A DNA stretch of 64,000 nt from the IMG/VR virus record IMGVR_UViG_3300046517_000866, positions 1 through 64,000 of that record; one strand, given 5' to 3'. The position numbers and the translations under genes are program-made. This document shows, one piece after another, positions 26,216 to 36,463 of the stretch. Source of the DNA: a virus. A model generated the notes under the pieces. That model made no database searches. It was not told where the DNA came from and was given only the letters and a program-made list of their open reading frames with translations. The first letter of the stretch is position 1. The number at the start of each line of letters is the position of its first letter.

Positions 26216-26318
26216 TCGAAAACCTTCGGCCTAAATAAAACATGGGCTCGGCCGAAGGTCAGGGTGGGAGTGGAGGCTGCAAATCCATTCCCACCCACCT
26301 TTTTAGGGGAGTTTGGAA

Positions 26319-27329
26319 ATGATCGCGCGCGTAAAGATCAAAGCGAAGGAAGACGGGGGCAACTACTTCGCCTCGCCAAAGAAGAACCTAACGTTCATTC
26401 CATCTGGTTGCACGACGCTCGATTTAGCGTTGGGGGGCGGGTGGGCGACAAACCGCATAGTCAATATCGTAGGCGACAAATCAACCGGCAAAACTCTACT
26501 ATGTATCGAGGCGTCAGCCAACTTCATTCTGACATTTCCCAAAGCATGGGTACGGTACAGGGAGTGTGAGTCAGCATTTGATGTACCATATGCTGGTGCA
26601 CTAGGAATGCCGCTGGATCGTGTTGATTTTGGAAGCAATACTATTGAGACTGTAGAAGATTTGTTCAAAGATTTAGTCAAGATCATTGCCAGCGCCACGA
26701 CTGAAGAGCTAGTCATAGTTGACTCTCTTGACTCCCTATCAGACGACGCAGAAATGCAACGAGACATGTCGGAAGGTACATATGGTGCCCAAAAGGCAAA
26801 AAACATGTCGCAAATGTTTCGACGCCTTGTGCGTCAACTGGCAAATTCAAAGGTTACTCTTATCATCGTATCACAGGTCCGCGACAAGATTGGCGCGATG
26901 GGGTACGGCAGAAAAACGACACGATCGGGGGGTCGCGCACTCGATTTCTATGCATCACAAGTCGTCTACTTGGCACATATCGAAAAACTCACACGCACGA
27001 TCCACAATATCAAGCGTGCCACAGGCGTACACATCAAAGCCATGGTTGACAAGAACAAGATCGGACTAGCCTTTCGTGAGTCCGAGTTCAATATCAACTT
27101 TGGCTTTGGTATCGATGACGTGACAGCATGTCTGACTTGGCTGAAAGAGGCCAAATACCTCAAGGACGTTGATATCTCCGAAAAGGAAGTCAAATCGTAC
27201 CACGAAACCCTCATGAAGGGTTCTCGCGCTGACTATGACAAAGAACTGGCATACTTGCAGCGCGCCGTCAAAAAACGCTGGTATGAATTAGAAACAAGCT
27301 TCTTACCAACGAGGAAAAAATATGGCTAA
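26319..27329 (+). CDS. recA: RecA/UvsX recombinase
   Basis: SGCTTLDLALGGG, GDKSTGKT, VDSL, SQVRDKIG, GGRALDFYAS, KNK. Confidence 0.95.
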   Translation: MIARVKIKAKEDGGNYFASPKKNLTFIPSGCTTLDLALGGGWATNRIVNIVGDKSTGKTLLCIEASANFILTFPKAWVRYRECESAFDVPYAGALGMPLDRVDFGSNTIETVEDLFKDLVKIIASATTEELVIVDSLDSLSDDAEMQRDMSEGTYGAQKAKNMSQMFRRLVRQLANSKVTLIIVSQVRDKIGAMGYGRKTTRSGGRALDFYASQVVYLAHIEKLTRTIHNIKRATGVHIKAMVDKNKIGLAFRESEFNINFGFGIDDVTACLTWLKEAKYLKDVDISEKEVKSYHETLMKGSRADYDKELAYLQRAVKKRWYELETSFLPTRKKYG

Positions 27330-27720
27330 GAACCCACGACGACGCTTAACCGAAGAAGAGATTGAAGCTCTTTTCGAAGAAGCTATGGAACCTTCCTTTA
27401 AGAAGGGCCTTATACTTATTGGTCTAGACAATCGTCTTGACCTGTATAAAGGTATAGTTTTAGGATGGTCAACTGACAAAAAACGAAACAGAGCAGCCAC
27501 AGACCTTACAGAAAGGGGCATACAATCATTAGAGCATGGTTGGATTATATACGAGTGTGAAGTCTCCCACGATGGTTGTATTACTCTAACAAACTATAAA
27601 CCCATTAAATACAGTGACTCTTTGAAAAATCGTGTCAATACGCCAGCATTCAAAAATTGCCGACTGACTATGATAGGAGGCATAGGCGGAGGCTGCCGTA
27701 AACTAAACATCAACTTCTAA
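27322..27720 (+). CDS. Hypothetical protein (AT-richer)
   Basis: ORF track. Confidence 0.55.
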   Translation: MAKNPRRRLTEEEIEALFEEAMEPSFKKGLILIGLDNRLDLYKGIVLGWSTDKKRNRAATDLTERGIQSLEHGWIIYECEVSHDGCITLTNYKPIKYSDSLKNRVNTPAFKNCRLTMIGGIGGGCRKLNINF

Positions 27721-27735
27721 AAAGGACCAACCAAA

Positions 27736-27960
27736 ATGAGTAACCAAGAAGAACGCGAGGTCGTCATAAACTATACAAACTGGAGAGGCGAACGCCGCAA
27801 CCGCCGCATCCGTCCTGTCAGTCCATACCTAACATTCACAACCAACGAATGGCACAAGGAAGCTTGTTGGATGGTTGTCGCGCGGGACCTGGACCTCGAT
27901 GCTGTCAGATACTTCCCACTAAAAAGCATCCATCACTGGGAAGAGAGGATACCGAGATGA
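27736..27960 (+). CDS. Stand-alone WYL-domain protein
   Basis: INYTNWRGERRNRRIRP...W...A.DLD..A.RYFPL..I. Confidence 0.75.
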   Translation: MSNQEEREVVINYTNWRGERRNRRIRPVSPYLTFTTNEWHKEACWMVVARDLDLDAVRYFPLKSIHHWEERIPR

Positions 27961-28481
27961 AATCAGGTGGAGGCAAAGCAAAAGGCGCTGCATTCGAACG
28001 CAAGGTGTGCCAGGAATTATCCTTGTGGATTTCAGGTGGCAAACACAAAGATTTGTACTGGCGTTCTGCCATGTCAGGGGGCCGTGCAACAGTTGCACGA
28101 AAGAGGGGCACAGCACTGGCACGACAAGCCGGCGATATCACAGCCACAGCACCCGAGGGTCACAAACTCACCGACTTTTTCTATATCGAGTGCAAGCACG
28201 TCCGCAGTTTGAAAATTGATCGGTTCATCATTGAAGGGACCGGACCCCTCGCACAGTTCTGGCACACAACATGTAAAGAAGCTAAGGCACACAATCGACA
28301 ACCCATGCTGATTGCAAAGCAAAACGGACTTTCAATTATTGTGGTAACCAAAAGCAATGACCTATACACATTTTCAAAAAAGATAACCGACTCTATGCAT
28401 ACTGTTGCAGACGTAGCGACTTCTCCCGCATCACGAATTTGTCTGTACTCCGACATGCTAACCAAAAGGATGCCTCGATAA
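27957..28481 (+). CDS. Holliday junction resolvase (Hjc/PD-(D/E)xK type)
   Basis: KAKGAAFER, SAMSGG, GDI, IECKH. Confidence 0.85.
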   Translation: MKSGGGKAKGAAFERKVCQELSLWISGGKHKDLYWRSAMSGGRATVARKRGTALARQAGDITATAPEGHKLTDFFYIECKHVRSLKIDRFIIEGTGPLAQFWHTTCKEAKAHNRQPMLIAKQNGLSIIVVTKSNDLYTFSKKITDSMHTVADVATSPASRICLYSDMLTKRMPR

Positions 28482-29113
28482 TGCACCAAGCCGCAATCTT
28501 CGATCTTGACGGCACAATTGCCGACCTTACCCATCGCCGCCCACTCCTGGACGGACCAAAGCCTAAGTGGCCGGAGTTTTCCGACCTTTGTTGGGCAGAC
28601 AAACCACACCATCACGTCATCAACTTGTGCAACATCATCGCAGCACACTACACAGTTTTCATTTGTACTGGCAGAATGGAAACCCATCGAGAGATGACGG
28701 AGGATTGGTTACGCCAGCATAAAGTACGCTACCACTCAATGCATATGCGGGCTACAGGCGACTATCGGAAAGACGAAATCGTCAAGTTAGAAATGCTGAA
28801 GCACATACGCGGTGGCGGGTACCAAGTTGAGTTTGCCGTTGATGATCGACCAACCGTTGTGAAAATGTGGCGTGCAAACGGGGTACCCTGCTTTGTCTGT
28901 GATGACACAGAGTGGATCATCGCCAAGCATGCAACCATCGAGGCTGTTCGCAAGGACCTGATGGATCGCTCCAACGCCGGGTTCCGCAAGTTTGTCAAAG
29001 ACGAAAAGAACTTTGACATTCGTATGAGTCTAGAAAAGACCTACGAAGAAACCCTCGAAAATGCCTGTGCGTTGCGCGCCGCAATCAACGCGTTACCGGC
29101 AGAAACAAAATGA
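28481..29113 (+). CDS. HAD phosphatase of the T4 PNKP 3'-phosphatase type with C-terminal extension
   Basis: IFDLDGT, CTGR, MR..GDYRKDEIVK, VDDRPTVV.MWR..G. Confidence 0.85.
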   Translation: MHQAAIFDLDGTIADLTHRRPLLDGPKPKWPEFSDLCWADKPHHHVINLCNIIAAHYTVFICTGRMETHREMTEDWLRQHKVRYHSMHMRATGDYRKDEIVKLEMLKHIRGGGYQVEFAVDDRPTVVKMWRANGVPCFVCDDTEWIIAKHATIEAVRKDLMDRSNAGFRKFVKDEKNFDIRMSLEKTYEETLENACALRAAINALPAETK

Positions 29114-30108
29114 CCGTACTTGTAACCGCTGACCTGCATTTTAGCGACAATCCCCGTGACGCCTATCGCCACGGGTTTCAAGCAACGCTGCAAGCCATCA
29201 TCAAAAAGCACAACCCAAACATGCTGTTCATCCTCGGTGACCTGACCGAGGAAAAGGATCACCACGGTGCGAAGCTCGTCAATCAGGTTGTCAATCACAT
29301 TGCCGCGCTGGGGCGGATACTCCCTGTTGTGATCTTGCAAGGCAACCATGACTACATCGATATCGCCCACCCGTTCCTCGAGTTTGTTCGAAACATCCCA
29401 AACGTTTTTTGGATCAATACACCAAAGGCAAGCACCACATATCCGAACTGGTGTGCCCACATCGGGGACTTCCTATTTCTTCCGCACTCTACCAACTACA
29501 AGCGCGACTGGCATTATCTAGGGGACTTCACAAAATACAACTGGATTTTTACCCACAACTCATTCGATGGCGCAGACATGGGTCATGGTCAGCGTGCTTC
29601 AGGAATACCAACAACTGTAATGCAGGGTGCTCGAGTTATTTCCGGCGACATTCACATCCCGCAAAAGTTCACCAACATTACCTATGTCGGTGCCCCCTAT
29701 ACTGTTGACTTCGGGGATAATTATGAACCACGCCTTTTGCTAGTTCACAAAGACAAATACGAGTCAATCAAGGTCAGCGGTCCCATGAAACGTCTAGTTG
29801 AGATTACTAGCATCGCCGATTTGAAAAACATCAAAACTCACGATGCTGATATAGTCAAAGTTCGCGTCATGCTGGACCCTGCCGAGTACGATAAGTGGCC
29901 CAACCTCAAGGACAAGATCAATGAGTGGGCGGAAGGGCGAAACGTCTGGGCACAAACGATTACGCCGAAGCTTCTCCAACCTCGTGTAGCAAAGCGAAAA
30001 ATAATTCCGGCAGTATCAGACAAACAGCTTTTACAGCAGTATGCAAAAGCGAAGGGTGTTGACGAAAGCACTCTAAAAACAGGACTCGTTCTTTTGGAGA
30101 AACAGTAA
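29110..30108 (+). CDS. sbcD: SbcD/Mre11-like metallophosphoesterase nuclease
   Basis: ADLH, LGDL, GNHD, SGDIH, YVGAPY. Confidence 0.85.
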   Translation: MTVLVTADLHFSDNPRDAYRHGFQATLQAIIKKHNPNMLFILGDLTEEKDHHGAKLVNQVVNHIAALGRILPVVILQGNHDYIDIAHPFLEFVRNIPNVFWINTPKASTTYPNWCAHIGDFLFLPHSTNYKRDWHYLGDFTKYNWIFTHNSFDGADMGHGQRASGIPTTVMQGARVISGDIHIPQKFTNITYVGAPYTVDFGDNYEPRLLLVHKDKYESIKVSGPMKRLVEITSIADLKNIKTHDADIVKVRVMLDPAEYDKWPNLKDKINEWAEGRNVWAQTITPKLLQPRVAKRKIIPAVSDKQLLQQYAKAKGVDESTLKTGLVLLEKQ

Positions 30109-30479
30109 TGACAAATAATCGATCACACTTATCAACAACCCAGGTTTTTCGAATTGGCACACTTCTAAAAGAGGGGATGGAGCTAACACTAGAAGGCAGA
30201 GCAATCCGCTACAAAGACGGATGGTATGACATGCGTATCGCCAAAGAAGTTGGTGTAAAGCACACACAAGTTGCACGTGTCCGCCTGCAACTGTTCGGCA
30301 CATTTCCGATAAGGACAAAAGGTCCCAGTCATAAACCACTAGGTGTTCAGATGGCAGAACTGGAAGAACGTATTTCAAACTTGGAACGACTTGCTAATTT
30401 CACCGCGGATGACGATGAAGAGTATGGAAAACCCAACCGAACAACTAAACGCTGTTACAAGGACGAAGAGGAAGAGTGA
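30108..30479 (+). CDS. Hypothetical HTH-containing protein
   Basis: DMRIAKEVGVKHTQVARVR. Confidence 0.55.
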   Translation: MTNNRSHLSTTQVFRIGTLLKEGMELTLEGRAIRYKDGWYDMRIAKEVGVKHTQVARVRLQLFGTFPIRTKGPSHKPLGVQMAELEERISNLERLANFTADDDEEYGKPNRTTKRCYKDEEEE

Positions 30480-30739
30480 CACGAGCCATGCGCAAATACT
30501 CACTGAACGAAATCAACGCAATGCGCGCTGCATTGCGATCTTACCGAATTTCCAGACAAATACCCACCAACTGGTTCAACGATAATCCCGGCAAGTGTTA
30601 TCTTTCCAACTCCATGTCTGACCCTGATAAAGGCATAGAGGATGAATTACGAACACTGATGACGGGCGGCGTGGAGCCATCAGAAGTAATTGAGCGTGCG
30701 CGCAAGGAACACAATCGTGTTCATGGAGAGCCAAAATGA
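30476..30739 (+). CDS. Hypothetical protein
   Basis: ORF track; overlapping start/stop. Confidence 0.55.
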   Translation: MTRAMRKYSLNEINAMRAALRSYRISRQIPTNWFNDNPGKCYLSNSMSDPDKGIEDELRTLMTGGVEPSEVIERARKEHNRVHGEPK

Positions 30740-31209
30740 AGTCCGTACTACAAGACTGGGTGATGGAATTGACGCTTAGGCAACAGGGGGTTTTAGTCCT
30801 AGCCTTGCGAGGACCCGACGGTGCACGAAAGGAAGACCCAGCAAAGCCAATAGTTCGGACATTGCGTGCCCTTGTCATGAACTCAGGTCGTGAAGGTTGC
30901 CCGATGGCAATGGGTTCCCACTTTGAAGGCGACGCTTTCATGCGTACGGATTTGATAGCCGATCCACGCACATGGATTGATGTTTGCCAACGTTTCTACA
31001 GCTCGATCGACCAATACAATATCCACTTCCTGCAACACCTCTGGCATGCATACGCACTGCTAGGAGTGTTTCATCCACTTGAAGTCGTTCAATGGCACTC
31101 TATGCAGTTCTATCTAGACGGCGCAAAGAAACTACACTTCAACCCAGAAACACGTGACGAGATCACGTATCGCCTACGTGATGGCATACGGCCGGAAAGT
31201 GACGAATAG
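30736..31209 (+). CDS. Conserved phage hypothetical protein (SVLQDWV...RGPDG family)
   Basis: ORF track; His-rich helical motif HFLQHLWHA. Confidence 0.7.
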   Translation: MKSVLQDWVMELTLRQQGVLVLALRGPDGARKEDPAKPIVRTLRALVMNSGREGCPMAMGSHFEGDAFMRTDLIADPRTWIDVCQRFYSSIDQYNIHFLQHLWHAYALLGVFHPLEVVQWHSMQFYLDGAKKLHFNPETRDEITYRLRDGIRPESDE

Positions 31210-31300
31210 GTTGCCTTCGCAGATTGGCATCAAAGAAGGCAGCCCAAAGGGGAGCCCAACATAGGGTCGCGGGCTCCCCTTCTTATTCAAAGGAAGTAAC

Positions 31301-31513
31301 ATGATGGAAGAAATCACAGTAGGTGCAATCATAATGGGAGCGTTAGCAGCAGTTTTCATGCTGGCATTCCTGATGTACAACGAGGTTACGTCCGACAAAA
31401 TTGTACTGATCAAGAATGAATGGACTTGCACCAAAAGCGTGGTATCAGTTTTGCCCATGGCAGGTGGTGGACTAATTCCGATCGATAACTGTACGCGCTG
31501 GGAAGCAAAATGA
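31301..31513 (+). CDS. Small membrane protein
   Basis: N-terminal hydrophobic helix. Confidence 0.6.
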   Translation: MMEEITVGAIIMGALAAVFMLAFLMYNEVTSDKIVLIKNEWTCTKSVVSVLPMAGGGLIPIDNCTRWEAK

Positions 31514-33378
31514 AACTTGATTTCAACTACGTCTGGCTAAAGCAGTTCAAATCATTTTCAAAAGCATGCACCTTCCGCTTGGATTTGAAACCAGGTGTGC
31601 ACTTCATTCGTGGCATCAACTCGGACAAGCCCCGCCTAGGATCGAACGGCGCTGGCAAGTCTACGATCTTTGACGCGCTATGTTGGGTGCTCTATGGCAA
31701 GACAAGCCGAGGGCTCAAGAACCCGGACGTTGCTGCTCGCAAGGCAAACGGAAAAACAACTACCGTAATCCTGGGTATCACGATCGATGATATCGAGTAC
31801 ACGATTACGAGATCAATCCGCCCAAATAAGTTACTGATTGACAACAAGGAAGTTGGACAAGAACAAATTATTGAACTGATAGGAATGGACTTCCCGGTAT
31901 TCACGCACACAATCCTGCTTGGTTCATTATGCCCGCTGTTCTTTGATTTGACGGCGCGCGACAAGATGCAACTGTTTGTTGACGTACTTGATCTGGAACG
32001 CTGGGATAACCGATCGGAAATTGCATCCAAGAAATTGCAGGAACGCGTCAGCATTCAAGTAGGAGTGCAAAGTGACCTCAGCGCCCTGGAAACTACCTAT
32101 GCAACAGTCACAGAACTGAAAAAGAGTTTACAGGAACAATCGGACGAATGGAACGCCCAACAAGAAACACGCTTGCAGGGTTACGTCAACAAACGCAAGC
32201 AGCGTTACAAAGAACTGAAAGTACAGGAAAAGCTTTATGAGGATGCACTCCTGGGTCTCGATGGCGCTGGTGTGGAGGTTAAACAACTGGAAATCGATTT
32301 GGCTAGACAGACAGATGATCTGGCCCGAGCAAAAAACGCCAGAAACAAAGTTGAGGCAGAGCTCAAAATACTACACAGCCAGTATGAACAATTGGCTGAC
32401 CAATACCATCAACTTGGAGAAGGGGCGCATTGCCCGACGTGTGGACAATCAACCAAGGGCACCGCCCTGGAAAAGCAAAAGAAGCAGATGCGTCATGACC
32501 TCGCCAAGGCCCGAGCAATCTTGGATGCTGGCATACCATCGGAAATCGACTTAGCAGTTACTACAGCAAAGAAGATAGTTCACACGACACAGGAGCATTT
32601 AGCGAACTGGCGTGCCAAGGAAGACGATGCACAATCGACAGTACGTCGTGTCGAGCCATTCGTTAATAGTTACAAGACGGAAATCGGCACACTCACAAGA
32701 CAAATCGAGGAACGCGAACACGAAAACAATCCTTATACGCTGCAAATTCGTAAACTGATCAAGCAGACCCAAAAGTTGGAAGGGGATCGCAAAGCGTTGA
32801 CGGAACGCCTTGGCAAAATGAACTCACTAGTTGAGCGGACCAAATTCTGGGTCAAGGGGTTCAAAGATGTACGCTTGTTCGTCATTGAAGAGTTGCTGCA
32901 AGAATTGGAGTTGACTACAAACGCTGTCCTGGATGATGTTGGTTTGGTTGGGTGGTCGATCAAATATGCAATCGAGCGTGAGACAAAAGCAGGAACGATC
33001 CAACGAGGGTTGACAGTATCCATCCTCGAACCGGGCAACGAAACACCAGTTAGGTGGGAGGCTTGGTCTGGGGGTGAGGGGCAGCGATTGCGTGTCATCG
33101 GTGCATTGGCGTTGTCCGAAACACTACTCAATCACGCGGGGGTTGAAACGTCCATCGAAATATTGGACGAACCGACACAACATCTAAGCGATATTGGTGT
33201 CAATGACCTCAACGATTATTTGGCCGAACGGGCAAGGCAGTTGAAGCGATGCATTTTCTATATCGATCATGCATCGGTCGAGAGTTCAAAATTTGCCTCT
33301 GTTTTGACGATCGAAAAAGGTGAAGTGGGGTCATTCCTGCGGAAATCCGGCAAAGCCGAAGAAGAGTGCCCGTTTTGA
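31510..33378 (+). CDS. sbcC: SbcC/Rad50-like ABC ATPase
   Basis: GSNGAGKS, CPTCGQ zinc hook, SGGE, ILDEP, IDH. Confidence 0.9.
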   Translation: MKLDFNYVWLKQFKSFSKACTFRLDLKPGVHFIRGINSDKPRLGSNGAGKSTIFDALCWVLYGKTSRGLKNPDVAARKANGKTTTVILGITIDDIEYTITRSIRPNKLLIDNKEVGQEQIIELIGMDFPVFTHTILLGSLCPLFFDLTARDKMQLFVDVLDLERWDNRSEIASKKLQERVSIQVGVQSDLSALETTYATVTELKKSLQEQSDEWNAQQETRLQGYVNKRKQRYKELKVQEKLYEDALLGLDGAGVEVKQLEIDLARQTDDLARAKNARNKVEAELKILHSQYEQLADQYHQLGEGAHCPTCGQSTKGTALEKQKKQMRHDLAKARAILDAGIPSEIDLAVTTAKKIVHTTQEHLANWRAKEDDAQSTVRRVEPFVNSYKTEIGTLTRQIEEREHENNPYTLQIRKLIKQTQKLEGDRKALTERLGKMNSLVERTKFWVKGFKDVRLFVIEELLQELELTTNAVLDDVGLVGWSIKYAIERETKAGTIQRGLTVSILEPGNETPVRWEAWSGGEGQRLRVIGALALSETLLNHAGVETSIEILDEPTQHLSDIGVNDLNDYLAERARQLKRCIFYIDHASVESSKFASVLTIEKGEVGSFLRKSGKAEEECPF

Positions 33379-33381
33379 TGG

Positions 33382-33486
33382 CAAAATTCCTGCGATATTT
33401 GGCGCTACAGAGCCTTTATGGGTGGGGGCGCCACCCCCCTAGCGCTCCCGATCCAATGGGCACTCAGCGAGAGCCTATCGAAGGCC
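33382..33486. repeat. Dispersed quasi-palindromic intergenic element
   Basis: CAAAATTCCTGCGATA shared with 60907; core GGGGCGCCACCCCCCTAGCGCTCC. Confidence 0.75.
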
Positions 33487-33647
33487 ACGGATAAAGGAAA
33501 AGTTTCCCATGAAGCAGGCGGCAACCTATGTCTGTCAGAACTGCGGCGAAACCTACAAGAACATTCCGGCAGTTCCGACACCGAAGTACTGTTCTAAAGT
33601 ATGTTTTTCACAAGCACGCATAAAGGCGCCAAGCAAGGAAAGATCAA

Positions 33648-33950
33648 ATGACAAACAGCGAACTGTACTTCAAAAACACGGCTAGCATACCAGTCAACAA
33701 TATGAAGGTAGCTTCCGACCCGTACCCACACCTTAGGGATGCTGATGGCTGCATCCTCGCAAGAGACTACATCAACGTGGGGAAGATGAAGTACGTACTG
33801 GAGTGTGTCTACACTCATGAAAAGTTACGAAGTGCACTAGAAACAATTGCCAGTATAGAAGGTGATTACGGATCAGGGCAAATTGCTAACAAAGCACTTG
33901 AACCATTTCAGCCCCCTGCAAACTTCAAATACGAATGTGAGCCCCAATGA
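33648..33950 (+). CDS. Hypothetical protein
   Basis: ORF track. Confidence 0.55.
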   Translation: MTNSELYFKNTASIPVNNMKVASDPYPHLRDADGCILARDYINVGKMKYVLECVYTHEKLRSALETIASIEGDYGSGQIANKALEPFQPPANFKYECEPQ

Positions 33951-34102
33951 TCCCCACATGGCTGTTTCCCAGTACATTGATCGGCGTCTCGTTCATTTCT
34001 GCCGTAGTATATGCAATTGACGGTGATTGGCGACGGGCAGCATATTGGACGGCAGCCACAGTCATCACGATCACAGTTACATTTTGAAAAGGGAAAGCAA
34101 AA

Positions 34103-34330
34103 ATGGAGCATCTAGAGCCCCGTGGGGTGGAAATCAAAAATGCAGTGTTTGAACTAGACCTCAAAAATGCCCAACTCACACTCAAGATTGGGTATGCAGT
34201 TCGTGGGTTAGAACGGATCGGCGCTGAAGTAACGAAGTTAATCCCACTATTAGGTGCTGACATAACCTGCCAACGTCTGCATGATCTGAACCAATACGTT
34301 TACACGCTTATTGCTGACCTAAAGAAGTAA
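34103..34330 (+). CDS. Hypothetical protein
   Basis: ORF track; purine-rich RBS. Confidence 0.55.
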   Translation: MEHLEPRGVEIKNAVFELDLKNAQLTLKIGYAVRGLERIGAEVTKLIPLLGADITCQRLHDLNQYVYTLIADLKK

Positions 34331-34512
34331 CTAACCATGTACGACTACAAGTTGGAGGACAGTACTGGAAAAATTACTCCGATAGCCGAAGTATCAACTG
34401 CAGAAATCACTGAGTTACTAATGTACGGCTTTCAACCTGTAGGAACTGCAGGAGTTGAAGCAATACGGGAACGCCTTCTACTTGAACTATTCATCCGTGA
34501 AAGGAGCCTACG

Positions 34513-34785
34513 ATGACCGACAAGAAAATGACTGTCAGCGAACAAGATGTGCACCTGATCAAGCTACTGCGAGCGATCGCAAGTGGTATAGACGCACAAG
34601 CCTCCGGGCACGCACTCATATTCGAGGGTGCAGCCCAGAGGCTTGAGCAACTAACGGAAGTGGTGAACAGACTGAAAGCCACGCTGTCGATGATAGGGAC
34701 GGCGATCAACGCAACACTGGAACGACTCAAGCAGGAACCGTCGCCACCAAAACCTACTTCGCAGATGAAACCAACTGCCGATTGA
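34513..34785 (+). CDS. Hypothetical protein, last gene of the rightward arm
   Basis: AAGGAG RBS. Confidence 0.6.
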   Translation: MTDKKMTVSEQDVHLIKLLRAIASGIDAQASGHALIFEGAAQRLEQLTEVVNRLKATLSMIGTAINATLERLKQEPSPPKPTSQMKPTAD

Positions 34786-34966
34786 AGACGCAGCCATCCC
34801 GCCAACAGACGATCAGTCGCCCACCTTCATTGTCAGCGCCGCACTTCGGACACGTGATCAACGTGACCGGAGTGCTTCCTTTTAACTGCCACTTTGGTTC
34901 TTGCCACGGACCATCATGGCCGAACTTTTGCAGGCATTGAACGATCCTCTTCAGCCACTTACGCAC
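34754..34966 (-). CDS. Small zinc-ribbon hypothetical protein
   Basis: CPKCG...C....C; GGAG RBS. Confidence 0.45.
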   Translation of the reverse strand: MRKWLKRIVQCLQKFGHDGPWQEPKWQLKGSTPVTLITCPKCGADNEGGRLIVCWRDGCVFNRQLVSSAK

Positions 34967-35450
34967 TTTTTACTCCAGCAACAGCAGCCACCATTGCGGG
35001 AGCACCTGTACCTGTCGCAGTTGCCGGGATCGTAAAGTGAAAGTTCGCCAGTGCTGCGGCAATTGCTGCCTGTGTGATCTGACCGGCAAGGCCGTCAATC
35101 TTAAGGCCCAACTTTGCCTGCATCAAGTACACGGCATCACGGGTCTTTACGCCATAAATACCGTCGACCACAAGATTGGGTGACGGCACCAACATTGCGT
35201 TGAGTGCCCCTTGCAGCCACTTCGTGGTGTTTGTGTCGAATGCTGCAATCGCACCGCCGACAATGTGCAAAGCCGGAGCTGCCTTCGGGAACAGCGTCGC
35301 ACCGATTTCCTCCAACATTGTCGCAACCGTCGGGGAAATTTCCTTGATCTTCGCCACCAAACCTTCGTTGGAAGATGCGATATCGATGGCAGCCTTCACC
35401 AACGGTGCAAACTGCAGCACCATTTGAATGATCGTGAAAACACTACCCAT
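34959..35450 (-). CDS. Peptidoglycan-binding (PG_binding_1) lysis-associated protein
   Basis: WLQGALN...LVVDGIYG.KT..AV..MQ..LGL.IDG.AG..T. Confidence 0.8.
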   Translation of the reverse strand: MGSVFTIIQMVLQFAPLVKAAIDIASSNEGLVAKIKEISPTVATMLEEIGATLFPKAAPALHIVGGAIAAFDTNTTKWLQGALNAMLVPSPNLVVDGIYGVKTRDAVYLMQAKLGLKIDGLAGQITQAAIAAALANFHFTIPATATGTGAPAMVAAVAGVKSA

Positions 35451-35751
35451 TGTACTGTACTCCTTCTTTCGCTGATTGTGAACTTCCATTTTTGGCAGAT
35501 TGCGTTGCAATCCCTGCCAACGTCTCTCCCTTCGCCTTTGACTCCAGGCTTGATCCGAAATAGTACTGCACAACTGTATTGGCGTTAGAGATCAAGGCAC
35601 CTGTGAGCAACGTCAACGTGTTCAGTAACGTTGGGTGCCCGTCAATCGAATTTGGAAACACAAAGATGACGATTACCAGCACGATCATGCACAGGATGAT
35701 GATCGTGCCGATAGTAGCCTTTGCATCGGGCCAATCGAAATTCCAATTCAT
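35443..35751 (-). CDS. Putative holin
   Basis: Two TM helices, VVQYYFGSS motif; adjacent to endolysin. Confidence 0.75.
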   Translation of the reverse strand: MNWNFDWPDAKATIGTIIILCMIVLVIVIFVFPNSIDGHPTLLNTLTLLTGALISNANTVVQYYFGSSLESKAKGETLAGIATQSAKNGSSQSAKEGVQYNG

Positions 35752-36458
35752 ACGTGGAACTCACGTTTCCAGATTGCCAACCAGGCACGCCGATCGGCAA
35801 GGCCGTTCAGTCCACCGTTGAGATGCCTTGTTTCGGTAACAATGTCATCGCGCAAGGAAAACGGCAGACAACCACACAGGATCAGGTCAGCAACTCCGCA
35901 CTCCAGCGCATGATCGGGATCACTCAATAGTTCTGGGTGACCCAAAAGATCAAATCCGGTCTTCGCCGCGAGTTTGCCATACCCCTCGCGTCCCGTGACT
36001 TGAGAGAAGCCTCGACCTCGGAAGTTCCATCCATCGTCGGACGGAGGGGGTGCATTCCCCATGCGACCACCGTATGCAATGTCGGCAATCATTCGCGGAT
36101 TGTGTGCGTATCGTGCTGCCATCGATCCGGTGAAGTGTGTAGGAAATATCTGGAGCAGCCGTTGCTCCGAATAGTTCATGTTCTCGACCATTTCCAACCC
36201 GGCACCACACTCTTCCGAGAACTGCGCCATGGCGTGGGCGATACTCATTGGAGAAGTATAGCCATACTTTGGAAAAACAGTCGGTGCCGCCTTGACAACC
36301 CCTTCGATCAGTCCAGGAGTATGTTGGTTTGCATGAGGCCAGCGCCTCTGTAGCATATCCAATGTCAGTATTGATGCGGGTATTGTTTGTACCACGCCCG
36401 TACTAAGTACGGGGCCTCCGATTGCGCCTGTTGCGCCTGTAACATCAGCCATGATCAC
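35748..36458 (-). CDS. Endolysin, glycoside hydrolase family 19
   Basis: AQFSEEC, ENMNYS, YGGRMGN, DGWNFRGRG..QVTGR, NGGLNGLADR. Confidence 0.9.
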   Translation of the reverse strand: MIMADVTGATGAIGGPVLSTGVVQTIPASILTLDMLQRRWPHANQHTPGLIEGVVKAAPTVFPKYGYTSPMSIAHAMAQFSEECGAGLEMVENMNYSEQRLLQIFPTHFTGSMAARYAHNPRMIADIAYGGRMGNAPPPSDDGWNFRGRGFSQVTGREGYGKLAAKTGFDLLGHPELLSDPDHALECGVADLILCGCLPFSLRDDIVTETRHLNGGLNGLADRRAWLAIWKREFHV

Positions 36459-36463
36459 TCTCC

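Noticed and set aside
25584-26298. Long alternative-frame and antisense ORFs over the SSB tail; SV40-like NLS (PKKKRR)
   Set aside because: By-products of the low-complexity repeat; no other sign of a eukaryotic host.
36420-36452. GATGA collagen-like snippet at the endolysin N-terminus
   Set aside because: Only two or three triplets; too short to support a functional claim.
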